A DNA stretch of 64,000 nt, taken from the NCBI GenBank assembly GCA_041749375.1, contig JBGTBN010000010.1, positions 9,828 through 73,827 on the forward strand. The letters are read 5' to 3'. The translations under genes were made by a program, and so were the position numbers. Shown piece by piece: positions 36,720-46,919 of the stretch; the stretch's first letter is position 1, and every line of letters begins with the position of its first letter. Below the pieces are notes generated by a model. It saw nothing but the letters and a program-made list of their open reading frames with translations. It had not been told where the DNA came from and searched no databases. The DNA comes from Spirochaetota bacterium (GTDB taxonomy: Bacteria > Spirochaetota > UBA4802 > UBA5550).

Positions 36720-37790
36720 ATGTCAGAGATAATGGAAAACGCGGCCGATTCGCTGGCGGATTACACAAAGAAGCTCGAGATGGCGATGTTCTTCACCAAC
36801 GGCGATGAAGAGCGCGCCAGGCAGATGATTGCGGGCAACCTTGATGACATTTGTGTGATCAAGGGCCGTTTTTCATCGACGCAGTCTTTCGGTGCGTTCA
36901 TTGCTTTTTTTAACCGGTATTACCTGACGCTGAACAGCTTGTACCCGGTCATATCCGATTCGTTCAATCTCAAGGACATCAAGACCAGTGTGGACTGGAG
37001 GAACTTCGAGAAGGACATCATGGATTTCGTCGGGAGCCAGTCACATGATGACGTGCTGGGCCGGCAGTTCAAGCATGTCTTTCTCTCAACCTTTACCGTG
37101 AACTTCGCCGGCGAGCTGAAAAAGCTCCTGGACGGAAACAGCGAAGTCGACATTAACCGCGTCTTCCAGCTCATGGTGCAGGACCGCATGGGCCTCCAGG
37201 GCGTGAGCATGATGGTCGATACCGAGTACCTCTCGTCGCTGGAGATGGAAACCGATTCGGTGACCAGCAGGAAAATGATGGATTACCAGCTGCACAAGGA
37301 CGACAAGGGAACGGCTGAACTCAATCTGGAAGTCGACACCGATGACGACCGCGAGGCCCTGAAAGGAAAAGAGGTCAAGTTACTCTTGAGGGGGAGCCTC
37401 ATCCTCGCCCCCATCAGCGGCAGGGACATCGGTCTTCTTGTAGTCGGTGACCGGATCAGGGTCAAGATCGTCGACAGTCACCCGCGCGCGGTCCAGGTCG
37501 CCAAGGCGTTTAACGCTTACACGGAAGAGGGGATACAGCCCATAACCGGAAGGATCGTGTTCCTCCGGCGGCGGGCCGACGGCGGGTACACTATATTCGC
37601 CGCCGTGGCCAAGGGCATATACGTCAAGATCGAGGAGATGGAGGAGCGCATCAAGATCGCCATAGACACCTCCTACATGGATGCGCCCGCGCCCTCGGAC
37701 AGCATGTCAAAGATAACCATGGGCGCCATTGCCGCGCTTGCGGTCCTGCTCGTAGGCCTGATCATAGCCATGGTGCTTATCTTCAAGTAA
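36720..37790 (+). CDS. Tail-anchored protein of unknown function
   Basis: 356 aa. A single C-terminal TM helix (ITMGAIAALAVLLVGLIIAMVLIFK). The N-terminal segment KKLEMAMFFTNGDEERARQMIAG looks UBA/EF-Ts-N-like. SD GGAGAA lies upstream. Confidence 0.5.
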   Translation: MSEIMENAADSLADYTKKLEMAMFFTNGDEERARQMIAGNLDDICVIKGRFSSTQSFGAFIAFFNRYYLTLNSLYPVISDSFNLKDIKTSVDWRNFEKDIMDFVGSQSHDDVLGRQFKHVFLSTFTVNFAGELKKLLDGNSEVDINRVFQLMVQDRMGLQGVSMMVDTEYLSSLEMETDSVTSRKMMDYQLHKDDKGTAELNLEVDTDDDREALKGKEVKLLLRGSLILAPISGRDIGLLVVGDRIRVKIVDSHPRAVQVAKAFNAYTEEGIQPITGRIVFLRRRADGGYTIFAAVAKGIYVKIEEMEERIKIAIDTSYMDAPAPSDSMSKITMGAIAALAVLLVGLIIAMVLIFK

Positions 37791-37999
37791 TCCCTCTATC
37801 GCCCTAACCGTCTCGCCTGGGGGCACGGTTACAGGGCGGAATCAAATCCATAAACAGGTGGAATGTGCCCCGTATTCAAAACAGGCCCATGGGCATATAT
37901 TGAATCAGGTGCTTTTTCCTTGGTGTTAATATCAACCCTGTCAGGATTTTCAGGATGTCGGCGCGGCGGTAAAATTTGTATAAATGGCGGAGATGCAAC

Positions 38000-39550
38000 A
38001 TGAAACAATTTTACAAAATCTTTTTGAGCAAATATGCGGGCAGGGACATGCGGGAGGAACAGAAGGCCAGGGCGATCGTCATTCTCTATTTCACCGTTGC
38101 AATCATGCTCTTCCTGGTTTTGATGTCGCTTATTCTGGTTCACCGGAAAGCGTTCACCGATGTGTCGATAATCGGGATTATCGTAATTGAAATTATCCTC
38201 TTTGTTGCACTCATGCTGGTATGGAAGGGATGGAACAACATCGCGGCGCATGTAATGCTGGTGCCGATAGTAATAGTTGTATGGCTTATCATGTTCAAGT
38301 CCACCAGCACTGCCAGCCTTATCGAAGGTGTGGATACGGTGGTGTATGTTTTCCCGATCATCGGAATCGCGACGCTTATTTCCAACCGGGTTTCAGTGGT
38401 AATATATACGGTTTTTAATGTTCTCATGTTCATACTGTTTAACATGTACTTGCAGAATTTGGACATATTGACCAAAATACAATCAGCTGATTATCTGGTG
38501 GATGGTACCGTGGCTCTTTTCGGTACGGGTGTCGTGTGCTTTACGATTTTGAGCAATTTTCTGAAAGCCGACCAGTCACTCAAGGTCTCCCTTGAGGAGA
38601 GCAACCGCAGCAAGGAGAGCATAAAGACGATACTGGCCCAGACATACAGCATAGCGGAACATCTGGCGTCATCAACCGGCATGATGGCGAAGGCGACATC
38701 GTCCTTCTCGACGAGCGCGCAATCGCAGGCCTCATCGATCGAGGAAATCACGTCAACGGTGGAAGAGGTAACCGCCAGCGGGGAAAGCATTTATTTCATG
38801 GCAGAAAAACAGACACAGCTTTCCGAAGAGGTTAAGGGAGACATGGAGACTCTTCATGGGATCGTGTCCAGGGCGGGGGATAAAATGCAGGAGGCAGTCT
38901 CAATCCGCGACAGTCTGAACGAAACCGTAGAGAAATTAAAAGTGGAAATTCAAAACGTGCTGCAGGTTATGACTACGGCAAGCGACAAGTTCAAGGACGT
39001 GCAGGACACCGTCAATGTCATAGAAGATATATCCGACCAGATAAACCTTCTCTCCCTGAATGCGGCGATCGAAGCGGCGCGAGCCGGGGAATTCGGCAGG
39101 GGCTTCGCTGTCGTCGCGGACGAGATCGGGAAACTTGCCGACAACACCTCGTCTAACGTAAAATCCATAAACAACTCCTTCACTCTGAGCAACAATGAAA
39201 TAAAAAAAGTATACAGCCGGTTGGAGGTTTTCATCAGTTCCCTTAACAGCATGATCGATTATATCACCGAATTCAGTAATAAAATCGACATGGTAGTGGA
39301 GTTAACGAAGCAGGACCTCTCCCTCAACAGGACAGCCAGTGAGAAGCTGGAAAACGTGTACGGAGAGGCCAATAATATCCTGAACGCCACGAACGAGCAG
39401 AAAACGGCACTTGACGAAATCGCGAAGAGCATTTCGCTTATCAACAACATGACACAGGAGATCGCCATGAGCGCGCATGACCTCTCCTCCACCTCGAAAG
39501 GCCTCGCGGACACGGCGCGGGAATTGAGGAACCTGTCGGATATCGCATAG
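38000..39550 (+). CDS. Methyl-accepting chemotaxis protein
   Basis: ATG at 38000 follows GGAG; the track ORF begins at a TTG at 37976. About 6 TM helices, then [33 protein letters not shown]. Confidence 0.88.
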   Translation: MKQFYKIFLSKYAGRDMREEQKARAIVILYFTVAIMLFLVLMSLILVHRKAFTDVSIIGIIVIEIILFVALMLVWKGWNNIAAHVMLVPIVIVVWLIMFKSTSTASLIEGVDTVVYVFPIIGIATLISNRVSVVIYTVFNVLMFILFNMYLQNLDILTKIQSADYLVDGTVALFGTGVVCFTILSNFLKADQSLKVSLEESNRSKESIKTILAQTYSIAEHLASSTGMMAKATSSFSTSAQSQASSIEEITSTVEEVTASGESIYFMAEKQTQLSEEVKGDMETLHGIVSRAGDKMQEAVSIRDSLNETVEKLKVEIQNVLQVMTTASDKFKDVQDTVNVIEDISDQINLLSLNAAIEAARAGEFGRGFAVVADEIGKLADNTSSNVKSINNSFTLSNNEIKKVYSRLEVFISSLNSMIDYITEFSNKIDMVVELTKQDLSLNRTASEKLENVYGEANNILNATNEQKTALDEIAKSISLINNMTQEIAMSAHDLSSTSKGLADTARELRNLSDIA

Positions 39551-39742
39551 CAAATCTGTCATGTCATGGTACCCGGCATGCAGTACTCAACGGTGTATGA
39601 AACTTCAAAGGGGTTTCATCGGCAGATGAATATACAGCCGATCTGATCATAATCCTGATGACCAATGGATTCCCGATGGAGTTTATCCCGGGCACTGAGG
39701 GGCGGGACAGTAGAGAGCGAGCCTGCGGCGTGTTGCACGGAA

Positions 39743-40507
39743 TCAGAACGGATACCGCATCGGCACGCCGCGCGCCTGCAGCTCCTTCTTCACCTCGGCG
39801 ATTGAAATCTCCCTGAAATGGAAAATGGACGCGGCCAGCACTGCGTCGGCGCGTCCCATGGTGAGGCCCTCGTACATGTGATCGATCGTGCCGACGCCGC
39901 CGGAAGCGATCACGGGGATGTGTACGGCGTCGGACACCATGCGGGTAAGCTCGATGTCGTAGCCGATGCGGGTGCCGTCGCGGTCCATGCTCGTGAGGAG
40001 AATCTCTCCTGCGCCGAGCTCCTCGACCCGGCCCGCCCACTCGACGGCGTCTATGTCCGTGGGGGTCCTGCCGCCGTGGAGGTAGACGGTCCAGCTCCCC
40101 CGGTCGTTCCGCTTCGCGTCTATCGCAACCAGGATGCACTGCGAGCCGAAGCGCCGCGCCGAATCGGTGATGAGCGCGGGGTCCTGGACCGCGGCGGTAT
40201 TGATCGAGATCTTGTCCGCGCCGTTTTCGAGTATGAGCCGGACGTCCTCTATGGAGCGTATGCCGCCGCCGACGGTGAACGGGATGTGCACCTCTTCCGC
40301 AACCCCCTTGACCATGTGGAGGATGATGTCCCGCCGGTCGGATGATGCAGTGATGTCCAGGAAGACGAGCTCGTCAGCGCCTTCCGAATCGTAGAACGTT
40401 CCGTTTTCGACCGGGTCGCCCGCGTCGACAAGGTTCACGAAGTTCACTCCCTTGACGACCCGGCCCCTGTCGACATCCAGGCATGGTATGATGCGTTTGG
40501 CAAGCAT
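39743..40507 (-). CDS. hisF: Imidazole glycerol phosphate synthase cyclase subunit
   Basis: 254 aa. The sequence [23 protein letters not shown]...[10 protein letters not shown]...[11 protein letters not shown]...[11 protein letters not shown] is canonical HisF. Confidence 0.93.
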   Translation of the reverse strand: MLAKRIIPCLDVDRGRVVKGVNFVNLVDAGDPVENGTFYDSEGADELVFLDITASSDRRDIILHMVKGVAEEVHIPFTVGGGIRSIEDVRLILENGADKISINTAAVQDPALITDSARRFGSQCILVAIDAKRNDRGSWTVYLHGGRTPTDIDAVEWAGRVEELGAGEILLTSMDRDGTRIGYDIELTRMVSDAVHIPVIASGGVGTIDHMYEGLTMGRADAVLAASIFHFREISIAEVKKELQARGVPMRYPF

Positions 40508-40621
40508 GGCTGCTCATTCTTCCATTGAAATTGGGGCGCTATGAAATACCCGAGAATCTATCTTACAAACAGGCCCGACCGGTAATAATCAACAAATTTT
40601 TCCGTGACGAATGTAAAATAG

Positions 40622-40645
40622 TTGAGTTGTTGCAAAACAACTCAA
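40622..40645. other. Perfect 10-bp stem / 4-nt loop hairpin in an AT-rich intergenic region
   Basis: TTGAGTTGTTgcaaAACAACTCAA. No T-run follows. Function unknown (operator or RNA element). Confidence 0.4.
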
Positions 40646-40958
40646 ATGCCTGCAAAGATGCTGGCACATTCGCGGAGCGACGGATTTTGACTGATTTACT
40701 TATTGTGATATATAGTGAAACTATTTTTTCTGCGGCTATGCGTGCAAATCCGTAGCAGAAAATTTACAAAAATGCTTTTGACATAGTTGTTAAATTAACG
40801 GCTTTCTGAAAATTTTTGTATGCTTCTGGTCAAATGCATCGGCGTTGTCTGAATGGCATTAAGTTTTATTATTGATTTTTATAAATCATTGTTTACTCTG
40901 GCTGGACATTGTACAATCAAAGCCAATCATATTATTATTTAAGGTTGAGACAGACATT

Positions 40959-42995
40959 ATGAAAAACAGACCGCATATCCATATACTGTTTGCCGCGCTT
41001 GCCTGTGGGGCATTCCTGCTCGGCGGGTGCGTGTCGCTGAAACCGGCGACAATCAAGGTCAACAACCCGGCACCGCTTCCAGCGAAGAACGTGGACGAGA
41101 TTCTCGCGGGCGCGTCTAAAATCGACATCACCCCGCCGCCGGGCATCCCGCTCGCCGGCCACTCCCTCGCAGGGAAGCTGGCCAGGGGAGTGCGGACCAG
41201 GCTGTACGCCCGTGTCCTCTACCTGAAGCCCAAGGTGGGGAGACCGGTGGTACTGGTGCAGGCGGACCTGCTGTCCGGTTCCCGTATTCTCCATCACCGG
41301 GTCGCCGAGCTGATCGCGCCGAAGACCGATATCGAGGCCGGCGGCCTCGTGATCGCCGGCACCCATACGCATTCCGCGCAGGGCAACTATTTCGGAGAGG
41401 CATTTTATGACCGCATGGCCTCGCCCGAGCCCGGATTCCAGAAACAGCTTTACAACTTCATGGCCGAGAGGATCTCGGCCGCGATCATAAAAGCCTACGA
41501 GAGCCGCAGGCCGGCAAAGATAGCCACGGGCTCCATCACCATTGCCGGTGCCATCAGGAACAGGAGCCTCCCCGCCTACCATATGAACAAAACGCTTGGC
41601 GGCAAAAAACCGGGCGAGCTGGAGGCGGTAAACCCGGAGTTGAGGATGATCCGCGTGGACTGCCGGAACGAGGGCGGCGAGTATGTCCCGATTGCGGCGT
41701 TCTCGAACTTCTCCATGCACCCGAACCTGACGAACGAGGACACCGACGAGCTCTACAACGGCGATGTGACCGCCTACGTGGAGCGTGAGGTCGAATGGGG
41801 CATCCGCAACAGGTATCCCTCCGCAGCGGACCCGATACATGCGATCGCAAATTACACGCACGGGGACATCACTCCCGAATTCGCAAAGGATGAGAAGCTC
41901 GGATACGCGGCAATGCGGCGCCTCGGCGTCATGGTCGGTAGAAAGGCGCTGGAGCTTTTTATTTCGCTCGAAGCGGGGCTGTCGGACGACGCCGTCATCC
42001 GCTATCGTTTCAGCGAGGTCGACGTCTACAATATACGGAGCATAGACGGCGAGAGCGTGTGCGACAAGCCGGCGATCGGGATGGCGACCGTCGCCGGCGC
42101 TCTTGACAGGCCGATTCCCATCCTCAAGTCTCTGCCCGGTTTCGCGGCCGGCTGGCCGAAGCGAAACATTGCCAATGCATGCCAGGGCGGCAAGCGGATC
42201 ATCGTCGAGGCCATCCAGTACAAGATCTTTCCGCTGGAACAATTTCCGCATGTCCTCTTTCTCCAGGCGATCCAGATAAAGGACACGGTGCTCCTCCCGC
42301 TCCCCTTCGAGGTGACCACTGAATCGGGCCGGCGCATGGCGGAGCGGTGCTCTGCCGCGGCAAAGAAGGCCGGGCTTCCGGATGCCCGGTACATCGTGAT
42401 GGATACGGCAAACTCCTACTGGGGATACTGCACGACCCCGGAGGAATATTCCCTGCAATACTATGAGGGCGGCAGTACCCTGTATGGACCCGGTACCACC
42501 GGTTATGTGTCCGCACACCTGGCACGGCTGTCCGGCGATCTCGCGAAGGGCAGCGGCGGGGCCATGCAGGGCGAATGGATCTTCACGGTCATGGAAGGAA
42601 AAAACTTTTTTCCTGCCGACGTTTCGCCGCGGGGCGCGAGAAAGGTCGTTGCCGGGCCCGTGCTGATAAAGGCGGGTCGCAGCAACACCGAGCCATTCTG
42701 GTCCTTCCGGTGGCAGGACCTGCCTCCGGCACGCATCGCCATGCATGAGCTCCTGGTGAGCATCGAGACGACAGACGACCTGGAGAACTGGCGGCCGCTT
42801 CTCTCCGGCGCAATCCCGGTGGATGACAGCGGGTATGATATCGCCATCATTTGTACGAAACGTAAAAACTGCGACGGCATGGGCGTGTACGAGGCCCGCT
42901 GGTACAATCCGGTTCCCGGCGACGGCAAGCTATACCGCTTCAAAATTTCCCCGCGATCCGGGCAGGCGACGCTCTACTCCCCGGCTTTCCGCTAG
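40959..42995 (+). CDS. Neutral/alkaline ceramidase-like lipoprotein
   Basis: Start at the internal ATG (MKNRPHIHILFAALACGAFLLGGC, with a lipobox). Contains GASKIDITPPPGIPLAGH...VLVQADL...AGTHTHSAQGNY, typical of the N-terminal domain of neutral ceramidases. Confidence 0.7.
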   Translation: MKNRPHIHILFAALACGAFLLGGCVSLKPATIKVNNPAPLPAKNVDEILAGASKIDITPPPGIPLAGHSLAGKLARGVRTRLYARVLYLKPKVGRPVVLVQADLLSGSRILHHRVAELIAPKTDIEAGGLVIAGTHTHSAQGNYFGEAFYDRMASPEPGFQKQLYNFMAERISAAIIKAYESRRPAKIATGSITIAGAIRNRSLPAYHMNKTLGGKKPGELEAVNPELRMIRVDCRNEGGEYVPIAAFSNFSMHPNLTNEDTDELYNGDVTAYVEREVEWGIRNRYPSAADPIHAIANYTHGDITPEFAKDEKLGYAAMRRLGVMVGRKALELFISLEAGLSDDAVIRYRFSEVDVYNIRSIDGESVCDKPAIGMATVAGALDRPIPILKSLPGFAAGWPKRNIANACQGGKRIIVEAIQYKIFPLEQFPHVLFLQAIQIKDTVLLPLPFEVTTESGRRMAERCSAAAKKAGLPDARYIVMDTANSYWGYCTTPEEYSLQYYEGGSTLYGPGTTGYVSAHLARLSGDLAKGSGGAMQGEWIFTVMEGKNFFPADVSPRGARKVVAGPVLIKAGRSNTEPFWSFRWQDLPPARIAMHELLVSIETTDDLENWRPLLSGAIPVDDSGYDIAIICTKRKNCDGMGVYEARWYNPVPGDGKLYRFKISPRSGQATLYSPAFR

Positions 42996-43092
42996 GCCGC
43001 CGGCCCCCGGCGCCATGCCGGGGGCCAGTAATGTTCTTGACATACCGCCTTTGCCCGGGATATGTACGAGGTACGGGTGACGGCCCCTGCGC

Positions 43093-44220
43093 ATGCGCGC
43101 CCGCCGGTTGAAATATCCGCGAATGAAAGGACCACCCATGGACAGGAATCCGACCCCGCGCGACCGATTCAAGGCCTTCAGTAAGGAATACATCCCCCTG
43201 ATAGACAGTTCAATGCACGGATTTCTCCAGGTGAAGAAAAAGGATGCGCAGCTTCCCGTGATCAGTGACATGTACGAGTTGCTCGAGGAATACTGCTGCC
43301 GGGAGGGGAAGCGGGTGCGCCCCCTGATCATGCTCATCTCGTGCTTTGGCTACCAGCGGGGCAAGAAGCGCGAGGACGCGGTGAAGATCGCGTCAGTGAT
43401 AGAGATGATGCATTCCTTCCTGCTGATCCAGGACGACATCATAGACCGCTCGGACCTGCGCCGGGGCGGGCACTCCCTCCACGTGTCCTGCGCCCGCCGT
43501 TACGGCGGCAACTCGCACAACCAAAACATCGGCAGCGATATCGCGCTCATCCTTGCCGATGTCCTGTTCGCGGCAGCGGTCGAGATCCTCGCAGGGTCGA
43601 ACGTTCCTCCGCGGGTCAAGGACCGCTTCCTCGGCATATTCTCGAGCACCTACGAGGTAACGGCCTGGGGGCAGGTCCTCGACATTCTCAACTCCCGCTC
43701 GAAAAAAATCGAGAATCCGGCGGATAACGCACTTATCATATCAACGATGAAGACCGCGTATTACACAGTGTACTATCCCATGCTCATGGGATACGTTCTG
43801 GCAGGGAGAAACGCGGACCAGGAGAAGGAGCTCATACGTGACTTTTCGCTCCCCCTCGGCCTCGCCTTCCAGATGCGGGACGACATCCTGGGTGTGTTCG
43901 GCAGCAAGGAGGACGTGGGGAAGTCTACGAATTCCGACATCATGGAGGGGAAGGTCACCATCCTGGTGAACAGCACCATCGAGAAGCTCGAGAAGAGGGA
44001 CCGCAAGAAATTCCTCGATCTCTTTACCAGGAACAGGAAAACGCATGGGGACGTGGAAAAGATACGGCGGATGATCATAGCGAGCGGATCGCGGGAAGCG
44101 GTCCTGGAGCGCCACCGGGAGCTGGTCGAGCAATCGCGATCGCTCCTCTCCCGCCTCCATCTGTCGGAAGATTACCGCGAAACCATGGCCGGCCTCGTCG
44201 AGCTCATCGCGAAAATATGA
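43093..44220 (+). CDS. Polyprenyl diphosphate synthase (GGPP-synthase-like)
   Basis: First aspartate-rich motif LLIQDDIIDRSDLRRG, second FQMRDDILG. The start is uncertain (ATG at 43093, 43123 or 43138). Confidence 0.8.
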   Translation: MRARRLKYPRMKGPPMDRNPTPRDRFKAFSKEYIPLIDSSMHGFLQVKKKDAQLPVISDMYELLEEYCCREGKRVRPLIMLISCFGYQRGKKREDAVKIASVIEMMHSFLLIQDDIIDRSDLRRGGHSLHVSCARRYGGNSHNQNIGSDIALILADVLFAAAVEILAGSNVPPRVKDRFLGIFSSTYEVTAWGQVLDILNSRSKKIENPADNALIISTMKTAYYTVYYPMLMGYVLAGRNADQEKELIRDFSLPLGLAFQMRDDILGVFGSKEDVGKSTNSDIMEGKVTILVNSTIEKLEKRDRKKFLDLFTRNRKTHGDVEKIRRMIIASGSREAVLERHRELVEQSRSLLSRLHLSEDYRETMAGLVELIAKI

Positions 44221-44233
44221 CCCCGCGGGACCC

Positions 44234-44929
44234 TTACCGGGTCATGATGATCCCGCGCTTGTTGCGGTACTGGTCGGCAAATTCCAGCGTCCCGTTTTTC
44301 AGCATCTCAAAGAAGACCGGGTAATCGTCCGGCCTGTCCTTTTTCAGCCACACGACATTTTTGTACTGGAGCAGCTCGCCGGTGGCGGTGTCCATTTTTT
44401 TTGCGTCCTTTTTGTACAGCATCTCGTTCTGCGTTGTCTGGAAGTTCCCCTCGGGCGAGCAGCGGTAGACGGTGAGCCGTCCTCCCAGGACCACGCGGAT
44501 CTCCCTGAGCTTCTGGCGCGCAGGCTTGGTGAAGCGGTCCGGGTAGGCCAGGAAATAGTCAAAGAGCCAGCCCTCAAGGCCCAGGTTCGCGGTGTCCCTG
44601 ACAAATGCCCATTTCCCCTTCATCGCGCCGATGGTGACCTCGTCCGGATTGACGTAGAGAACGGTGACCTTCCGCGTAACGGGCATCTTCGCGAGCACCC
44701 TTGAGGTCGTGTCGGGCCTTGTCCTGAGGTTGACCATGTCCCCGGTGATCAGGGCGAAGCGCTGGTACGTGGTTTCGAACTGCCCCGGCACGCACTGGCC
44801 CGACAGGCAGCTCTTCTTGAGCGAGGGAATCTCCGCGTCCTCGTTTTTCGACCCCGAGCAGGCGCCCGTAAGGAGCCCGGCAATCAGGGCGGGGAATAGC
44901 ACGTTCATGACGGCGATTCGATGTCTCAT
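44234..44929 (-). CDS. Lipoprotein with SH3b-like domain
   Basis: 231 aa. Lipobox LTGAC. The segment GDMVNLRTRPDTTSRVLAKMPVTRKVTVL...GKWAFVRD resembles bacterial SH3. Confidence 0.5.
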   Translation of the reverse strand: MRHRIAVMNVLFPALIAGLLTGACSGSKNEDAEIPSLKKSCLSGQCVPGQFETTYQRFALITGDMVNLRTRPDTTSRVLAKMPVTRKVTVLYVNPDEVTIGAMKGKWAFVRDTANLGLEGWLFDYFLAYPDRFTKPARQKLREIRVVLGGRLTVYRCSPEGNFQTTQNEMLYKKDAKKMDTATGELLQYKNVVWLKKDRPDDYPVFFEMLKNGTLEFADQYRNKRGIIMTR

Positions 44930-45021
44930 GATTTTTCTCCGGTCTATGGATTACAACCCGGCAAAAATAAAAAAAACCCGGTCTGTTGTCAAGTTATATG
45001 CCAGTTCGAAGGGAGGGCTCG

Positions 45022-45084
45022 TCCGAAATAATGACGATAGTTAGCGGACGGACATTCCGAAAATAGTAACGGCATCCCGAAAAT
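45022..45084 (+). repeat. Three direct copies of (T/C)CCGAAA(A)T upstream of the GAF-GGDEF-like gene
   Basis: Copies at 45022, 45056 and 45076. They are interleaved with ATAGTTAGCGG (45037) and ATAGTAACGG (45063). Confidence 0.45.
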
Positions 45085-45153
45085 CCCGCTGCCGGCCCGC
45101 GCCCGGCGGGGTTTCGCGGCGCGTTTCATCATTTGCTACTGGAGCGAAGGGCC

Positions 45154-46698
45154 ATGTCAGAAAGGATCAAGATCATAGCAGTCGGGGCCGGCTTTTTGGT
45201 GGTCTGCCTGTTCCTCTATTTTACCATACGGTTCAAGTATGTCGAGCGGGACCTTCTCGACTCGCTCGTTGTGACGACGAACAGGATCGTGGCTGAATAC
45301 AATGACATGGAAAAGCGGACCGCCGCGGAAACGAAGACCCTCTCGAATGAAGACCTCACCGGGTTTTTAAAGCATATACACCGTAAGCACCGGGACATCG
45401 CGCTCCTCGCCATCACCGACAGCGGGCTGACCCTGCGCCTCTCCAGCAAGAACGACCGGTTTATCAGGACGACCGGGCTTTTCGAAACGATACTGACGGA
45501 TTTCACCCAGGACAAGTTCAACATCACCAGGTCCAGTCCGTTTATCACGCGGTACTATGACGAGAAATACAACGGCAAAACGGACCAGCTCAAGTTTTAC
45601 ATCTTCCTCGGTAAAATCGGCGGCCACCGCCTCCTGGTTGTATACCCGTACACGTTCGGGAACACGATACTCGTCCGGACCATGCTGGAGGTGCTCCTCG
45701 TGGTCCTGATCGTGGTCATCCTCACCGCGGCCATCGCGATAGTGTCCGGCAGGCGGCCGGCAACCTTGGTGGGAGACGACCGTCATACTATCGACCTGGG
45801 ACCGACCGGCGGGCAGGCCGCGCGTGAAGACGGGACGGTTTCGCGTGAAAGCTCCAATATCGTGTCCGATACGATCAGCGGTTATATCCAGGACCTGTTC
45901 GGGATGATCCATGCTTCCTACGCCACGGACAGCGTGGCCCTGTACCTGTACCACCCGACAGGGAAGCTGGTCAAGACCATGGAGCTCAAGGGCGGTACCT
46001 TCTTCCGGATCAACTCGATCAGCTTCGACACTATCGATCTCGATAACGAGGCGGGGAGGGAGATGCAGAACGGGTCGACAATGGTGCTCGACGGCGGGGG
46101 AAAGGTAGTCGTACCCCTTATTTATAATAACGCGTTCCTGGGCGCGGTTATCATCGTCCGCCGCCAGGGACTGAGGGGCAGTGACATCAGCGAGATCAAG
46201 GGGGGCATGTCCGGCATACTGAAAAACATCCATGATTTCATCATGTTCAACGATGTAATGACCGATTCAGGGACCGGGCTGCACAGTAAGATCTATTTCA
46301 GCCTGAAGTATAACGAGTACCACCGGCAATGGAAGCATCAGGGGAAGAGCTTCTCGCTCCTTTTCATCCGGCTCTTCGAACCGGACGGAGGCATAGGCGA
46401 GAACGAGAAAAACGCCGCGATACGTCTCATGGCCCCGTCGATTTCAGGGATCGTGAAAAACGACGGTTTCATCAGCCGGTATGACGAGTACCTCGCCGTC
46501 ATCCTGCATGACCGGGGCTCCAGGAAGACGTCGTCGATTGCCGGCGATATCAGGAGCGAGCTTATGAAGTACCGCGTGAAGATCGGCGCCGATACCTTCA
46601 TTCGGATCGCGCCTGCTCTGGGAATGTCGTCTACCGACACGGCCGGGCCGGACGAGGACCTGATAGCTTCCGCACTGAAGGCCATTCAGCCGGCATGA
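45154..46698 (+). CDS. Membrane sensor with GAF-like domain and degenerate GGDEF domain
   Basis: ATG at 45154; the track ORF starts at a TTG at 45133. Two TM helices flank a periplasmic-type region. The C-terminal GGDEF fold is recognisable (DSGTGLHSKIYF...FSLLFIRL...), but SRYDEY replaces the (R)xGGDEF active site. Confidence 0.65.
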   Translation: MSERIKIIAVGAGFLVVCLFLYFTIRFKYVERDLLDSLVVTTNRIVAEYNDMEKRTAAETKTLSNEDLTGFLKHIHRKHRDIALLAITDSGLTLRLSSKNDRFIRTTGLFETILTDFTQDKFNITRSSPFITRYYDEKYNGKTDQLKFYIFLGKIGGHRLLVVYPYTFGNTILVRTMLEVLLVVLIVVILTAAIAIVSGRRPATLVGDDRHTIDLGPTGGQAAREDGTVSRESSNIVSDTISGYIQDLFGMIHASYATDSVALYLYHPTGKLVKTMELKGGTFFRINSISFDTIDLDNEAGREMQNGSTMVLDGGGKVVVPLIYNNAFLGAVIIVRRQGLRGSDISEIKGGMSGILKNIHDFIMFNDVMTDSGTGLHSKIYFSLKYNEYHRQWKHQGKSFSLLFIRLFEPDGGIGENEKNAAIRLMAPSISGIVKNDGFISRYDEYLAVILHDRGSRKTSSIAGDIRSELMKYRVKIGADTFIRIAPALGMSSTDTAGPDEDLIASALKAIQPA

Positions 46699-46919
46699 TT
46701 CTCATGCGCATAATGAACGGTATTCCGGGAGGCAGCGCATGATTCTTTTACCCCGTGTGCCCCACCTGTTGACCCCATTTCCAGTAGAAATTAATATAAT
46801 TTTGTTGACATAAAACCCGCAAATTAAAATATATATTTCATTAAATAATCACTTAAAACAGGTTATTATTTAGCGTTTCATTTTTTTACCAATAATAAAG
46901 ATAAAAAAGGAGAGGCCTG

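Noticed and set aside
39564-40139. A 191-aa ORF downstream of, and overlapping, hisF.
   Set aside because: It is antisense to canonical hisF, and its sequence is Arg/His/Pro-rich nonsense.
40661-40676. A sigma-54 promoter-like TGGCAC-N5 element upstream of the ceramidase-like gene.
   Set aside because: The -12 element (TTGC) is absent (CGGA instead), and the site is about 290 bp from the start codon.
40935-42746. A 603-aa ORF antisense to the ceramidase-like gene. Similar long antisense or overlapping ORFs occur at 28374-29825, 45367-46233, 48873-50009, 58147-58917 and 62719-63990.
   Set aside because: Their translations are Arg/Pro/Gly/His-rich low-complexity strings typical of shadow frames in GC-rich coding DNA. 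In every case the opposite-strand frame has clear family motifs.
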